Source of the DNA: a bacterium | GTDB taxonomy: Bacteria > Patescibacteriota > Microgenomatia > Curtissbacterales > GWA2-41-24 | NCBI GenBank assembly: GCA_021813125.1 | Contig: JAKALT010000003.1 | Coordinates: forward strand, 7,800 to 71,799 | Direction: 5' to 3' | Length of the DNA: 64,000 nucleotides | Shown: in pieces, positions 8,678 to 18,028 of the stretch | Numbering within the stretch: the first letter of the stretch is position 1 | How the letters are laid out: every line of letters begins with the position of its first letter | Notes under the pieces: generated by a model | The model's database searches: none | What the model saw: only the letters and a program-made list of their open reading frames with translations | What the model was told of the DNA's origin: nothing | Program-made: the position numbers and the translations under genes

Positions 8678-9115
8678 TCAAAGTGTTAGCTCTGAGATTA
8701 GGTCTTTAGGCGTGAGTGCTATCGCCGGTTTAAGAAACTTTGCAACCTTTTCATTTAAAAAGTCCTTGCGGTCTAATGTCACTAAGAAATCTGATTTTGA
8801 AAGCTTGGCTTCTGCCAGAATAACAGCGTCTTTTTGGGCAATGAACCTTTGCGCTTTTTGTAAAAGTTTAATATCGAATTGCGCTTTAAAAATTTGTGTC
8901 TGTCCGACAAGATTGAAAAAGCGCTCAAGATGGTATTCATGCAGTTTTGCCCTAACATTTCTTTCAGTCTCCGTCAAAACCCATGGGGAGACTAGCAACT
9001 TGATTTCTTTGATGGTAAATAGTTTTGCCGAACCGCCTGTTGGGGAATTGGTGGCTGTAAATAGGACGCTTGAGTCGACAAAGACAGTCTTCACAGCCTG
9101 TCTTCTTTTTGCCAC
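8678..9115 (-). CDS. PIN-domain toxin (VapC-like)
   Basis: 145 aa with a VFVDSSVL N-terminus and spaced acidic residues typical of PIN nucleases. It overlaps a Phd/YefM-like antitoxin ORF upstream. Confidence 0.6.
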   Translation of the reverse strand: MAKRRQAVKTVFVDSSVLFTATNSPTGGSAKLFTIKEIKLLVSPWVLTETERNVRAKLHEYHLERFFNLVGQTQIFKAQFDIKLLQKAQRFIAQKDAVILAEAKLSKSDFLVTLDRKDFLNEKVAKFLKPAIALTPKDLISELTL

Positions 9116-9354
9116 TCGTTAATCTCTTTTTGACTGAAATTGCGCGTTTGTGGCAAAAGTTTTGGGTCGATAAATGTCTTGCCATAAATCTTTTTGACTT
9201 CTTCCTCCAAGTGTTTAAGGTAAGCAACATCAACAAGAGCTGCTTGTGGGTTGCCGCCCTTAGTAAGGACAATGTATTGACTGCCCCGGACTTTCCTGGC
9301 AAGGTTGCCTAAGCTGTTCCTAGCCCGGGTTATAGGTACTATGTTTGTATTCAT
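9091..9354 (-). CDS. Phd/YefM-family antitoxin
   Basis: MNTNIVPITRARNSLGNLARKVRGSQYIVLTKGGNPQAALVDVAYLKHLEE matches the Phd/YefM fold consensus. The internal Met at 9354 was chosen as start, whereas the ORF track extends to 9405. It overlaps the PIN toxin by 25 nt. Confidence 0.6.
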   Translation of the reverse strand: MNTNIVPITRARNSLGNLARKVRGSQYIVLTKGGNPQAALVDVAYLKHLEEEVKKIYGKTFIDPKLLPQTRNFSQKEINEWQKEDRL

Positions 9355-9494
9355 AACGTTATAAGTATACATTATGTACAATAAAATGTCAAGTATTTTG
9401 TACAATAAAACGTGCAGTTAATTTAGAAATTTGAAGGTGGAGAGGATTTGTGTTGCTTTCGAGTCGAAATTTTCTTGTTTTAAACAATCAGAAG

Positions 9495-9842
9495 TCATCT
9501 TTTTTCGCAGGGCCGGTAATTAAATTCTATTGTTATTACGTCTTTCTTGGACGGACTTAAAAGAAATATTCTTTCTTGTTTTTCGGTTATTCCCTGATCG
9601 ATATGGGTGTAAAGAAACTTTTTTGTCTTAATATAATTTCCAGCAATTACTTGTTTACGGTCTTCCTCTTTCAAAAAGGTGCAATTAGCAAGAGCTCCTT
9701 GGGATTTTATCGGGTAGATAGTGCACGTTTGGAAACCAAAGGGTATGGGCTTGGTCTGGCAATCGTTCAGGCAGTTGTTAAGTAACATCATGGAACAACT
9801 GCTGTTACATTCTACACCTCGTAAGAAGTCAACATTTAGCAT
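9495..9842 (-). pseudogene. truncated duplicate of the 3' part of array gene 14255..14938
   Basis: A roughly 280 nt stretch at about 9421..9700 is near-identical to 14259..14530, and the encoded CTFLKEEDRKQVIAGNYIKTKKFLYTHIDQGITEKQERIFLLSPSKKDVITIEFNYRPCEK matches the C-terminal half of 14255..14938. It lacks the N-terminal anchor and the ANWKTY motif. Confidence 0.55.
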
Positions 9843-9872
9843 TTTACTACGGTATATCTATCCAAGTGTGCT

Positions 9873-10751
9873 TTAAATTGTGTAGAGAAATCCGAGGAAG
9901 TCAAGATACCACGGTTTGTCAGAAGAGATAACTGTACCATTTTGAGCGTTTATTTTTGTCTCAATAGTGGCATTGACAGGAATAAGTCCAACGAATTTTC
10001 GTTTCTGCATACCAGAAATGTCATAGTATGCCTGACCGTTTTGTTCCCCAAGAACTGCTGATTGAATAACGGTTGGTTTGTCACTCTGCTTCAGATCATT
10101 GACAGCTTGCGAAGGAAGAGTGCTGATAACAGTTACTCCGGTTGCTGTTTTAATACCAATAGTCTGTGATTTTGGGTCAATAACAACAGGCTGGTTGGTT
10201 GTTACCGTGATACCATTATTAACAAGTGTTACTGTCCCATTACTGCCTACACTTATCTGAACCGCCCCTGCCTCGGGATCCTGTATAGAAATAAGGGAAG
10301 TTTTGGAAGGCGGTACTGTTTTTTCTGTCTTAGTGCCGTCTGTCTTTTCAAGCTTAAGCGTTCCTTCGCTCGGCGTATTGGAGGTTGGGTGGACTTCTAC
10401 TTTTTCAACATTACCCTGCTGGACTTGGTTTTCAACTTCATGCTGAACATCTTTTGCTTCCTGCTCATGCTCTACTTCTTGCGCTTCTGGGGCTTCCGCG
10501 GGCTCAGGGGTTTCTACAGGTTCCTCCTCTTCAACGGTTTCCTGTTTTTCCACTTGTTCTTTCCAGGAGTTATTTGATTTCTCCCCTAAAACGTGGTTTG
10601 AACTGATTCCAACTTGAGAGAGAAATATGCCTCCCAAGATAAGAAGCGAAATAATGAGAGCTGAAAGTAAAAGACGTAAATAGGAACCTTTAGTTTTATT
10701 CGTAGAAAAGCTTTGCTTATTTACTTTACTTTTAGATTTTGACTTTTTCAT
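9873..10751 (-). CDS. hypothetical signal-anchored protein with an acidic Glu/Pro-rich linker and a Thr/Val-rich C-terminal region
   Basis: 292 aa with a K-rich N-terminus and TM anchor, an EEEPVETPEPAEAPEAQEVEHEQE low-complexity segment and beta-rich TVTLVNNGITVTT repeats. It is not a member of the ANWKTY family. Confidence 0.5.
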   Translation of the reverse strand: MKKSKSKSKVNKQSFSTNKTKGSYLRLLLSALIISLLILGGIFLSQVGISSNHVLGEKSNNSWKEQVEKQETVEEEEPVETPEPAEAPEAQEVEHEQEAKDVQHEVENQVQQGNVEKVEVHPTSNTPSEGTLKLEKTDGTKTEKTVPPSKTSLISIQDPEAGAVQISVGSNGTVTLVNNGITVTTNQPVVIDPKSQTIGIKTATGVTVISTLPSQAVNDLKQSDKPTVIQSAVLGEQNGQAYYDISGMQKRKFVGLIPVNATIETKINAQNGTVISSDKPWYLDFLGFLYTI

Positions 10752-10809
10752 AAAAAGACTTCTATTTCAGAATCTCAAATAGAAATCATAAAGTCAAGAC
10801 TTCGGACAG

Positions 10810-11658
10810 TTAATTTAGAAATTTAAATGTCGAAAGGATTTGGTCAAAATTATTTTTTACAGGAAGATCAAGAGTAAAATCATATAGAATTCCGTTATTT
10901 ACAAACTCCAAGCGTTTTACATAACCACTAGTTAAAAAAACAATTCCTTTTACTCCATCAATAGTGATGTATGTAAAATTTGTATTCTTCACATCTTTCC
11001 TGTAATCCTTTTCAATTATTGCTAATGTGGTTGTTGATGCTTCATAAGTATTAATAAAAAAGGTATTACCTAAGTCGGAAGTTGAGCCTTGGACCCCAAC
11101 CGATGCTGTATTTCCAATATCTTTATCTCCTTCAACACCACTTACTACTTCCGTATCTATTGGATACTTGAATGAATATTTATATTTTGAATTTGTATAC
11201 GTTTTCCAATTTGCAGTTTTGTCCCTTTTGAAATAATCGCCTTTTGACTTACAGGTGATTACATTTTGCCCTATTAATTGACCCGAAGCTTTTACAAATT
11301 CACCCTCTTTTGGCCAAGGAGAGTCTTGATCACAAAATACACCTGCCAGTTCTCTTTGCGGTACATTTACAGTGTAAACCGTGTTTTCTGACTGGACTTT
11401 AAAAGCAGCAAAATCGAACCCAGTTTTAATATCATTTCCAATAACTTTCCCGGAAATAGTCAAAACAGAGGTTTCATTATCTTTATTTGCAGAGCTAGGT
11501 GTTGATTGTTGTTCCGTTTGCGAAGAAGGTACCGAATCCCAATCTTTATAATTTAGCAAAGCGAAAGGAATTGCATGCATAAAAGCAAAATAGACAAATG
11601 GAATAAGAATGATCAATGCAACGATAATTATTAAAATCGGTGCAAAACCTTTTTTCAT
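10810..11658 (-). CDS. array paralog, single-domain member, subtype MKKGF
   Basis: MKKGFAPILIIIV anchor, KTANWKTYTNSKYKYSFKYP motif and C-terminal ILSTFKFLN. Its start overlaps the upstream gene stop (ATGA). Confidence 0.7.
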   Translation of the reverse strand: MKKGFAPILIIIVALIILIPFVYFAFMHAIPFALLNYKDWDSVPSSQTEQQSTPSSANKDNETSVLTISGKVIGNDIKTGFDFAAFKVQSENTVYTVNVPQRELAGVFCDQDSPWPKEGEFVKASGQLIGQNVITCKSKGDYFKRDKTANWKTYTNSKYKYSFKYPIDTEVVSGVEGDKDIGNTASVGVQGSTSDLGNTFFINTYEASTTTLAIIEKDYRKDVKNTNFTYITIDGVKGIVFLTSGYVKRLEFVNNGILYDFTLDLPVKNNFDQILSTFKFLN

Positions 11659-12848
11659 TGTGTGAATTTGAATGTCGAGAGAATTCGACTTACTTCCGCG
11701 TCATTCAATTTCTCATAAGGGGATATTAATATCCTATGCACATCTTCATCTACCGGGGTTAGTAGTAGCGCCATAACCTCATCATAAGAACTTTTTACAA
11801 CAATTGACTGTTTGCCCCCTAAAGAAAAATTATTTACAGTGTTAAGATCCAAAGTTCCTTCAACATCATTTACTTTTCCTTTTTTTGATGCCAAGTCTTT
11901 GTACCAATCTATTGGTTTACTGTATCCAGGTACTTCTTGGGGGTTAATATTACTTAAAATACGGATGTAAATATAATCTTGCGGATAACCGCTTTTTGGG
12001 TAACGCGGTTTAGCTTGTGATTCTTTTGTGGCAAAGTTTTGGTTCCTGATATAAACATCGTCCTCTGAATCATTATTGATCAACCACGTACTTGGATACT
12101 TTATGGAATACCCTAATTTTGTATTTGTATATGTTTTCCAGTTTGCAGTTTCGTTGGAAGTTAATTTAAATGCCGAGATCATATCATCAAGTATCGGCAT
12201 ATACTTTATTGGATCATCCTCAGAAGTAAGGATAAAATGATACATAACATTGTTGTGGACAAATAATTTTGTCAATGATTTTCCGGTTGAATCTGCTGTG
12301 CATTTAGAAAGAGGCTTCGGGGCTTGAATACAAATTTCTTGATCGTATTGCAAGCCGTCAATCTTCCCCAATGAGCCTATATTTAAAGTTATCGGTGTCG
12401 GATTATCAGGTGGTGGACCTGACGATCTAGGATCCTTAAAAAAATCGTTAAACCAATCCATTAATGTTGGAAATGATTCTGTATAAGCTTGGGAGGCTTG
12501 TACTTGAATAAATGCACCTTTGAATACTGTATCTTGTGCATTCAAGGGCGCCTGAAAATCGGGAGACATAAAATATAAGAATGCCTTTGATTGCCAATCG
12601 GGTGGATATTTAATAGAAAAATGATAGAGTGCTGGGTTTTGTGTTGTTACAAAATCTGCTGCATTATACGTTTTCCATTTTGCAGTTTCATCTGCTGAAA
12701 CCGACGGAGACGCCTGTGTTTCAATTTTTTGGCCAACTGCTGGAGATTTTTTGAGGAATTTCTGGTATCCAAATATTGCAGCCGCACCAAAAGCAAGTGC
12801 AATTACTGTAACTATAATAATTTGTACAAAACCGCGGCGGGCAGACAC
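11655..12848 (-). CDS. array paralog, two-domain member, subtype (M/V)SARRGF, probable GTG start
   Basis: Two motif copies (ETAKWKTYNAADF and ETANWKTYTNTKLGYSIKYPSTW), an internal MISAFKLTSNE junction and C-terminal ILSTFKFTQ. The ORF track start at 12917 would overlap the RelE-like gene by 65 nt. A GTG at 12846..12848 gives VSARRGF, matching the MSARRGF paralog at 8035..8646, and avoids the overlap. Confidence 0.65.
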   Translation of the reverse strand: MSARRGFVQIIIVTVIALAFGAAAIFGYQKFLKKSPAVGQKIETQASPSVSADETAKWKTYNAADFVTTQNPALYHFSIKYPPDWQSKAFLYFMSPDFQAPLNAQDTVFKGAFIQVQASQAYTESFPTLMDWFNDFFKDPRSSGPPPDNPTPITLNIGSLGKIDGLQYDQEICIQAPKPLSKCTADSTGKSLTKLFVHNNVMYHFILTSEDDPIKYMPILDDMISAFKLTSNETANWKTYTNTKLGYSIKYPSTWLINNDSEDDVYIRNQNFATKESQAKPRYPKSGYPQDYIYIRILSNINPQEVPGYSKPIDWYKDLASKKGKVNDVEGTLDLNTVNNFSLGGKQSIVVKSSYDEVMALLLTPVDEDVHRILISPYEKLNDAEVSRILSTFKFTQ

Positions 12849-12852
12849 ACTT

Positions 12853-13110
12853 TTAGTATATATCTTTTCTATAAGCGACATCTTCAAAATATATTGATTT
12901 TGCCTTGTCATCAACAAAATAAATTACCCTGACTTTACCTACCCTTAGCCTCCACGCACTGCTTCCTGCCAAATGCTTTACTTTTTTGCCTTTTGGAAAT
13001 GGATCCAAAGCTAATTTCTCTATCTCTGAAATTACCCTCTTTTTATCCTGCTTGTGAAGTTTTTTTAATTGTTTGTCAAAGCCTTGCGAAAATTGGAGCT
13101 TGTACGGCAT
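12853..13110 (-). CDS. RelE/ParE-family toxin
   Basis: 85 aa starting MPYKLQFSQGFDKQLKKLHKQDKKRVISEIEKLALDPFPKGKKVKHLAGSSAWRLRVGKVRVIYFVDD, typical of the RelE/ParE fold. Its start overlaps the stop of an upstream antitoxin-like ORF (TAATG). Confidence 0.65.
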   Translation of the reverse strand: MPYKLQFSQGFDKQLKKLHKQDKKRVISEIEKLALDPFPKGKKVKHLAGSSAWRLRVGKVRVIYFVDDKAKSIYFEDVAYRKDIY

Positions 13111-13382
13111 TAAAGACTATGTCTTTTTTTAATTTCATCCAGGCTAAAATATTTTCCACGGCCTGCAGTTTTTTCAAGTTTCCTGGCAACTATTGCATCC
13201 TCTAAATCTTCTATCGTTTCTTTAAGCTGGGAAAATTCTTCAATGGACATAATGACTGCTTTTGGTTTGGAATGGTGGTATAGAAATACAGGCTCGGCGG
13301 TTTTTTCAACTTGATCCAAAAGTTCCAGCGCTTTTTCGCGCATATCTGTAATGGTTTTTGTATTTTGTGCGGTAGGTATCAT
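13110..13382 (-). CDS. Phd/YefM- or RelB-like antitoxin
   Basis: 90 aa reading PVFLYHHSKPKAVIMSIEEFSQLKETIEDLEDAIVARKLEK, the antitoxin pattern of non-cleavable partner plus alpha-helical tail. It lies immediately upstream of the RelE-like toxin. Confidence 0.55.
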   Translation of the reverse strand: MIPTAQNTKTITDMREKALELLDQVEKTAEPVFLYHHSKPKAVIMSIEEFSQLKETIEDLEDAIVARKLEKTAGRGKYFSLDEIKKRHSL

Positions 13383-13421
13383 ATTTATCTTAGGTTAGTA
13401 TAAGATTAATCTAAGATTTTG

Positions 13422-14258
13422 TCAATTGGTAAATTTAAAGGTGGAGAGTATTTGGTCGAAAAGACGTACTTCATCTCGAAAAGGAATTTCTACTAATATG
13501 GAGTAGCCATTATTTTTATTTTCAGCGTATATAGATTTAATATAAGAATAAGTCTTTGTATTTGAAGGTTTATCCAGACTCTCTTCTTCAATAACACCTT
13601 CTTTTGCATGAACACCATCTAGATTCACACTTTTTATGTTTTTGAGGTCACGAAAAACACTTTCGCTAAAATCTTTACCTTGCCTCTCTTTATATTGGAT
13701 TAAGTATTCTTTGGAAAAATAGTATACCGTCAAAACTGAGTATTGGGCAGAAATATTACGTTCATGTCCTTCTATTACAAAGACCGGTATACCGAAGCTA
13801 GAATCTTCATAAACCTTAAAATCTGAAGGGTAAGAAATTTGAAATCCACGCTTTTGGTTTGTGTACGTTTTCCAATTCGTAGTTTCGGCTGTTTTAACTG
13901 TTTGTGGAGATGTATATTCATGCGATGAAAGTTTATAAACTGTACCGATAAAAGACACAAAATAAGTATCTGCTGTCGGGGTTTTAGATAATGATGGACA
14001 ACTTATGACAATTGTAGTTTGCCTGCCAAAATCGAAATAATCTTTCAAATTAAATTTGTTGACGTCAGCAGGGAAAGTGGTTTTATAATCATAAACAACT
14101 TTAGGGAGTTTGAACTCTTCGCAGGGTGGTTTTATAGTTGATAGCACTTTTTGTTTTGCAAAATTGTCGGTAACCCATGGAGCCCAAGCTGCTATAGAAA
14201 TCAATGAAATTAGAAAAATTAATCCTACAATTATTATTTGTGCAAAGCCTTTCTTCAT
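13422..14258 (-). CDS. array paralog, single-domain member, subtype MKKGF
   Basis: MKKGFAQIIIVGLIFLISLISIAAWAPW anchor, ETTNWKTYTNQKRGFQISYP motif and C-terminal ILSTFKFTN. Confidence 0.7.
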   Translation of the reverse strand: MKKGFAQIIIVGLIFLISLISIAAWAPWVTDNFAKQKVLSTIKPPCEEFKLPKVVYDYKTTFPADVNKFNLKDYFDFGRQTTIVISCPSLSKTPTADTYFVSFIGTVYKLSSHEYTSPQTVKTAETTNWKTYTNQKRGFQISYPSDFKVYEDSSFGIPVFVIEGHERNISAQYSVLTVYYFSKEYLIQYKERQGKDFSESVFRDLKNIKSVNLDGVHAKEGVIEEESLDKPSNTKTYSYIKSIYAENKNNGYSILVEIPFRDEVRLFDQILSTFKFTN

Positions 14259-14938
14259 AGGAATTTGAAGGTACCGAGGATTTGACTTGATTTTGAATCA
14301 TAATCTTCTTGTTTCAAACAATTCGAAGTCACGTCTTTTTCGCAAGGCCGGTAATTAAATTCTATTGTTATTATGTGTTCTTTAGACGGACTTAAAAGAA
14401 ATATTCTTTCTTGCTTTTCTGTTATTCCTTGATCAACATAGGTATAGAGAAACTTTTTTGTCTTAATATAATTTCCAACAATTACTTGTTTACAATCTTC
14501 CTCTTTCAAAAAAGTGCAGTCAGCAAGTGCTTCTTGGGATTTTACCGGCTCATCGTTACTTTCGGTTCTAACCTGAAAACCAAGATCTGAAAAGTTATTA
14601 TCTGGCCCGAAGCCTGGACTGAAGAAACAAAAAGTATTCTCATCTCCGGGGGAACCACCAGGGATTGCACAACTTTTGCCACCGTTTATTATCCGATAAT
14701 CTCCTGGGTAAGAAATTTGCCAACCTGATTTATCTGATTTATACGTTTTCCAATTCGCAGTTTGGTCTTGAGTCGTTGGAGATGGCAAAGATGCTAAATG
14801 GTCCTTTGTTAAAATTGGCGGGCCTTCTTCTTTCCAATTATTATATTTTTGATCATAAAATCTTAAGCCAATAACAGCAGCAACCAAAGTTAAAATTACT
14901 AAGATAATTATTAAAACCGGTGCAAAGCCTTTTTTCAT
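14255..14938 (-). CDS. array paralog, single-domain member, subtype MKKGF
   Basis: MKKGFAPVLIIILV anchor, TANWKTYKSDKSGWQISYPGDY motif and C-terminal ILGTFKFL. ATGA overlaps occur at both ends. Confidence 0.7.
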   Translation of the reverse strand: MKKGFAPVLIIILVILTLVAAVIGLRFYDQKYNNWKEEGPPILTKDHLASLPSPTTQDQTANWKTYKSDKSGWQISYPGDYRIINGGKSCAIPGGSPGDENTFCFFSPGFGPDNNFSDLGFQVRTESNDEPVKSQEALADCTFLKEEDCKQVIVGNYIKTKKFLYTYVDQGITEKQERIFLLSPSKEHIITIEFNYRPCEKDVTSNCLKQEDYDSKSSQILGTFKFL

Positions 14939-15801
14939 TGTGTAAATTTGAATGTCGAAATCATTGAATCGAAAATGGAATATATATTTTGCCTAAAATC
15001 CTTAGTTCCCCATGCTTGGATGAGATAACCGTCACTATTGTTCGCAACAACAACATATTTAAACTCTTCTGTCATCCCCTCAGCAGCAGATGCTATACCG
15101 GAATAAGCTGATTTACCATTAAGATTAAGGCTGAATTTTGATTGGATGTTTTCTCCGTGTAAAAAGTAATCAAAGGAAACAGCCAGTGAATTGTTATTAA
15201 TTTCTTTTTTAAGAATTCGCACTGTGCCACCTTGCGTTAAAATATCTTTTGTATCAGCAATTTTGTCAGGTGAAGAAAAAGCAATATCAAAGGTTTTATC
15301 ACTTATAAATTCAGACAGTTTATAATCTGGTGGATATTTTATAGAAAAAGAATCTTTTGTATACGTTTTCCAGTTCGCAGTTTCGTCAGTTTTAAAATAA
15401 TCGCCACTTCCCCCACAAGTAATCTCTTTTTCACCAGTCAAAACTCCTTTTGCGCTTACTTTACTATTTTCTTTAGGCCAAGGAGATTCCATATCGCAAA
15501 TTCTTGAAGGATCATATTTATTTGGGGTGTTTAATTTATAAATACCGTTGTCTGTTTGAATACTGAATATTGTATATTCATCAGTCTGAGTTAAACCTGG
15601 GAGCAAAACTCCATTTACAATAACCGATGAGGATAATTTTTTAGGTGTAGGTGTTGGAAGCGTATTTTGTTTATAAGTATTTAGCCCCGTAGGGTTTATT
15701 GGAATATTATTTTTTTGATAATAAAAATATGCAAAACTACCTATACCAATAATAATTGCCGCGGCCATCAAAAATATTAATAGTACAAAGCCTTTTTTCA
15801 T
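14935..15801 (-). CDS. array paralog, single-domain member, subtype MKKGF
   Basis: MKKGFVLLIFLMAAAIIIG anchor, ETANWKTYTKDSFSIKYPPDY motif and C-terminal MISTFKFTQ. Confidence 0.7.
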   Translation of the reverse strand: MKKGFVLLIFLMAAAIIIGIGSFAYFYYQKNNIPINPTGLNTYKQNTLPTPTPKKLSSSVIVNGVLLPGLTQTDEYTIFSIQTDNGIYKLNTPNKYDPSRICDMESPWPKENSKVSAKGVLTGEKEITCGGSGDYFKTDETANWKTYTKDSFSIKYPPDYKLSEFISDKTFDIAFSSPDKIADTKDILTQGGTVRILKKEINNNSLAVSFDYFLHGENIQSKFSLNLNGKSAYSGIASAAEGMTEEFKYVVVANNSDGYLIQAWGTKDFRQNIYSIFDSMISTFKFTQ

Positions 15802-16856
15802 TGAGATGTTTGAATCGTAGAGAAAATTTTTAATATCACCTCTCTATTATCCTTATATGGAGAGTGAGCTGTTGCATCTCCATAAACGATTGGAAATACA
15901 TTTGAACCTCGCCAACCAAAAAGTCTCCACCATTCGGTACCGTCCGAGTTTACACCGTGGCAAGATTTTACCGTCTGGTCTTTTAAGCTAAGGCTGTAAT
16001 TTTGTTCGCAACCTCCAGCCCCAAATTGTGTAGCCCACCCTATTTCAATCAAACCTTCTTTCCCTCGTAAGGTAATCCCATCTTCTTGTATATCCATCTT
16101 TGGTTTTTGAGTAATTGTCCAGTCAGGTGGATATTTAAGCAAGAAATTGGCTTGATTATTCGTATACGTTTTCCAATTTGCAGTTTCGTCAGAAGTGAAT
16201 TTAAATGTTGAGAGGATTTGGTTGAATAGTGGATCTATTTTTGATCCCGGCCCAGAACTTTCAGCGGGAATATAAATCCAGAAACCTTTTCCATTTCTAT
16301 TAAACTTTATGACACTTCCCCCTTCACCACCGAATGTCCCTCGATTATAAATAAGGTTTGCTTCTTGTCCAGCTAATTGGATTTTTGTTGATTTTTCGCT
16401 TTGGCTGAGCGTATTAATGTTTATTTCCTTTGGCTCAATGCTTACTTGGAATTGAGTTCCGTCTTCTCCTGGAATATTACAATTTTTGACATCTTCGGAA
16501 CTATACCAACTTAAATCCGGTTTTTGTAACTTAAACCTTGCCCAAAGTTTCCCGCCTGTTCTAAAACAACCCTCTGGATATTCCAGAAAGAGTTTATCTT
16601 CAGGATATTTAAAACTTAAGCCAACTTCTTCAAAAGTATATGTTTTCCAGTTTGCCCCGATTAAATCTGGGTTTGCAGTTTCATCTGGCACTGGTGCTGT
16701 CGATGACTGTGGAGATTCATATAATTTCGGACCCCCGCAGCCAATGGGGCTTTTGCATGGATCAAATAATCCAATTGTGTAATAAATAGTGTAACCCAGA
16801 AAAACGATAGCGGCTAAAACAATTATTACTATTATCGGTACGAAGCCTTTTTTCAT
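15798..16856 (-). CDS. array paralog, two-domain member, subtype MKKGF
   Basis: MKKGFVPIIVIIV anchor with two motif copies (ANWKTYTFEEVGLSFKYP and ETANWKTYTNNQANFLLKYPPDW). The domain junction reads ILSTFKFTSDE and the protein ends ILKIFSTIQTSQ. Confidence 0.7.
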   Translation of the reverse strand: MKKGFVPIIVIIVLAAIVFLGYTIYYTIGLFDPCKSPIGCGGPKLYESPQSSTAPVPDETANPDLIGANWKTYTFEEVGLSFKYPEDKLFLEYPEGCFRTGGKLWARFKLQKPDLSWYSSEDVKNCNIPGEDGTQFQVSIEPKEININTLSQSEKSTKIQLAGQEANLIYNRGTFGGEGGSVIKFNRNGKGFWIYIPAESSGPGSKIDPLFNQILSTFKFTSDETANWKTYTNNQANFLLKYPPDWTITQKPKMDIQEDGITLRGKEGLIEIGWATQFGAGGCEQNYSLSLKDQTVKSCHGVNSDGTEWWRLFGWRGSNVFPIVYGDATAHSPYKDNREVILKIFSTIQTSQ

Positions 16857-17959
16857 TGTGTGAATTTAAATGTCGAGAGAATCTGCCCAATTTTTGCTTG
16901 ACAATTGCTATCAGGTGTCCAAGACCAAATGATTAATGGGTCAACTTTAGATTTAAACGTGTCGGAAAAGTAATAATTAAAAATGCCACTGCCTCCTTCT
17001 GTTTTCGACCATGACCTTAATGTAAACGCTTTATTATCAATGTTAATTTTACTTTCCTTCATATACGAAGTAGGACCACTACTTCCACCTATAGAGGCAA
17101 TGTACAAAGTACAACCCTTACCATCGGTTACTAACTCGTTACTTGTCTCATAAATACGAACGTACGGGTCAAGTTTAACCTGGCTACTCTTTGCATTTTG
17201 AATATACTGCCAATCAGGTGGGTATTTAAATTCAATATAGAATTTGCTGCTTTTTAAGGTTTTCAAGTTCGCCCCGACTGAATCAGGGTTTGCAGTTTCG
17301 TCGGATATGAATTTAAAGGTGGAAAGAATTTGGTCAAATGTTTTCATAAAATCGTTTCTATAACCCGCTTGTAAAAACTGCGCAGTGATTTCCCAAAGCG
17401 TTCCATTATGGTCTATGTATACATATGTGTCGTAGTGTGACATAGCATCCAATCCTGCGCCTCGTGCGTCAACTTTGAGCTTAATGGATGGAAATCCCGC
17501 AATTGTTAAATTAGTTTTTGTAGGTGTTTTGTCTCCGTTAAAATTGCCGTTTTTAAAAATTTCCGGCAATTTAGTGATTTTGCCGTCTTTCGCATTTCTA
17601 AAAAAATCAAACGCCTCCCTTTCCTTTAATAAACTGGGTCCAATATAAATTAGGACGGATTTTGATTCGGATCCGTAATTGCTTAAAATCACGCCTTTTT
17701 TAGTCCACAACTCACCTGTATGCGGCTCCAGAATATCTCCAGGATATTTTATAGAAAATCCGAACGTATTATCCTCATATGTTTTCCAGTTTGCAGTTTC
17801 GTCTGCAGATCCCAAGGGCGAAGCTTGCGTTTCATTCTTTTGGTCAACAACTGGAGGTTTCTTGAGGTATTTCTGATAGCCAAACATTGCAACCGCGCCA
17901 ATCAAAAGCGCAATTACTGCAACGGCAATAATTTGTGCAAATCCTCGGGCAGGTTTCAC
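16853..17959 (-). CDS. array paralog, two-domain member, subtype MKPARGF (GTG start)
   Basis: MKPARGFAQIIAVAVIALLIGAVAMFGYQKYLKKPPVVDQK N-terminus that is near-identical at nucleotide level to that of 6949..7947. Two motif copies with an ILSTFKFISDETANPDS junction, and it ends ILSTFKFTQ. Confidence 0.7.
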   Translation of the reverse strand: MKPARGFAQIIAVAVIALLIGAVAMFGYQKYLKKPPVVDQKNETQASPLGSADETANWKTYEDNTFGFSIKYPGDILEPHTGELWTKKGVILSNYGSESKSVLIYIGPSLLKEREAFDFFRNAKDGKITKLPEIFKNGNFNGDKTPTKTNLTIAGFPSIKLKVDARGAGLDAMSHYDTYVYIDHNGTLWEITAQFLQAGYRNDFMKTFDQILSTFKFISDETANPDSVGANLKTLKSSKFYIEFKYPPDWQYIQNAKSSQVKLDPYVRIYETSNELVTDGKGCTLYIASIGGSSGPTSYMKESKINIDNKAFTLRSWSKTEGGSGIFNYYFSDTFKSKVDPLIIWSWTPDSNCQAKIGQILSTFKFTQ

Positions 17960-18028
17960 TAATTTAATCGTAGATCTAAAACAGCAGGTTGTAAATACAT
18001 TACAAGGACAGCCCTTGATCTAAAAGAA

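Noticed and set aside
9873-10751. Membership of the 292-aa protein in the ANWKTY family
   Set aside because: It lies inside the array and is signal-anchored, but it lacks both the ANWKTY and STFKF motifs. It is treated as an unrelated resident gene.
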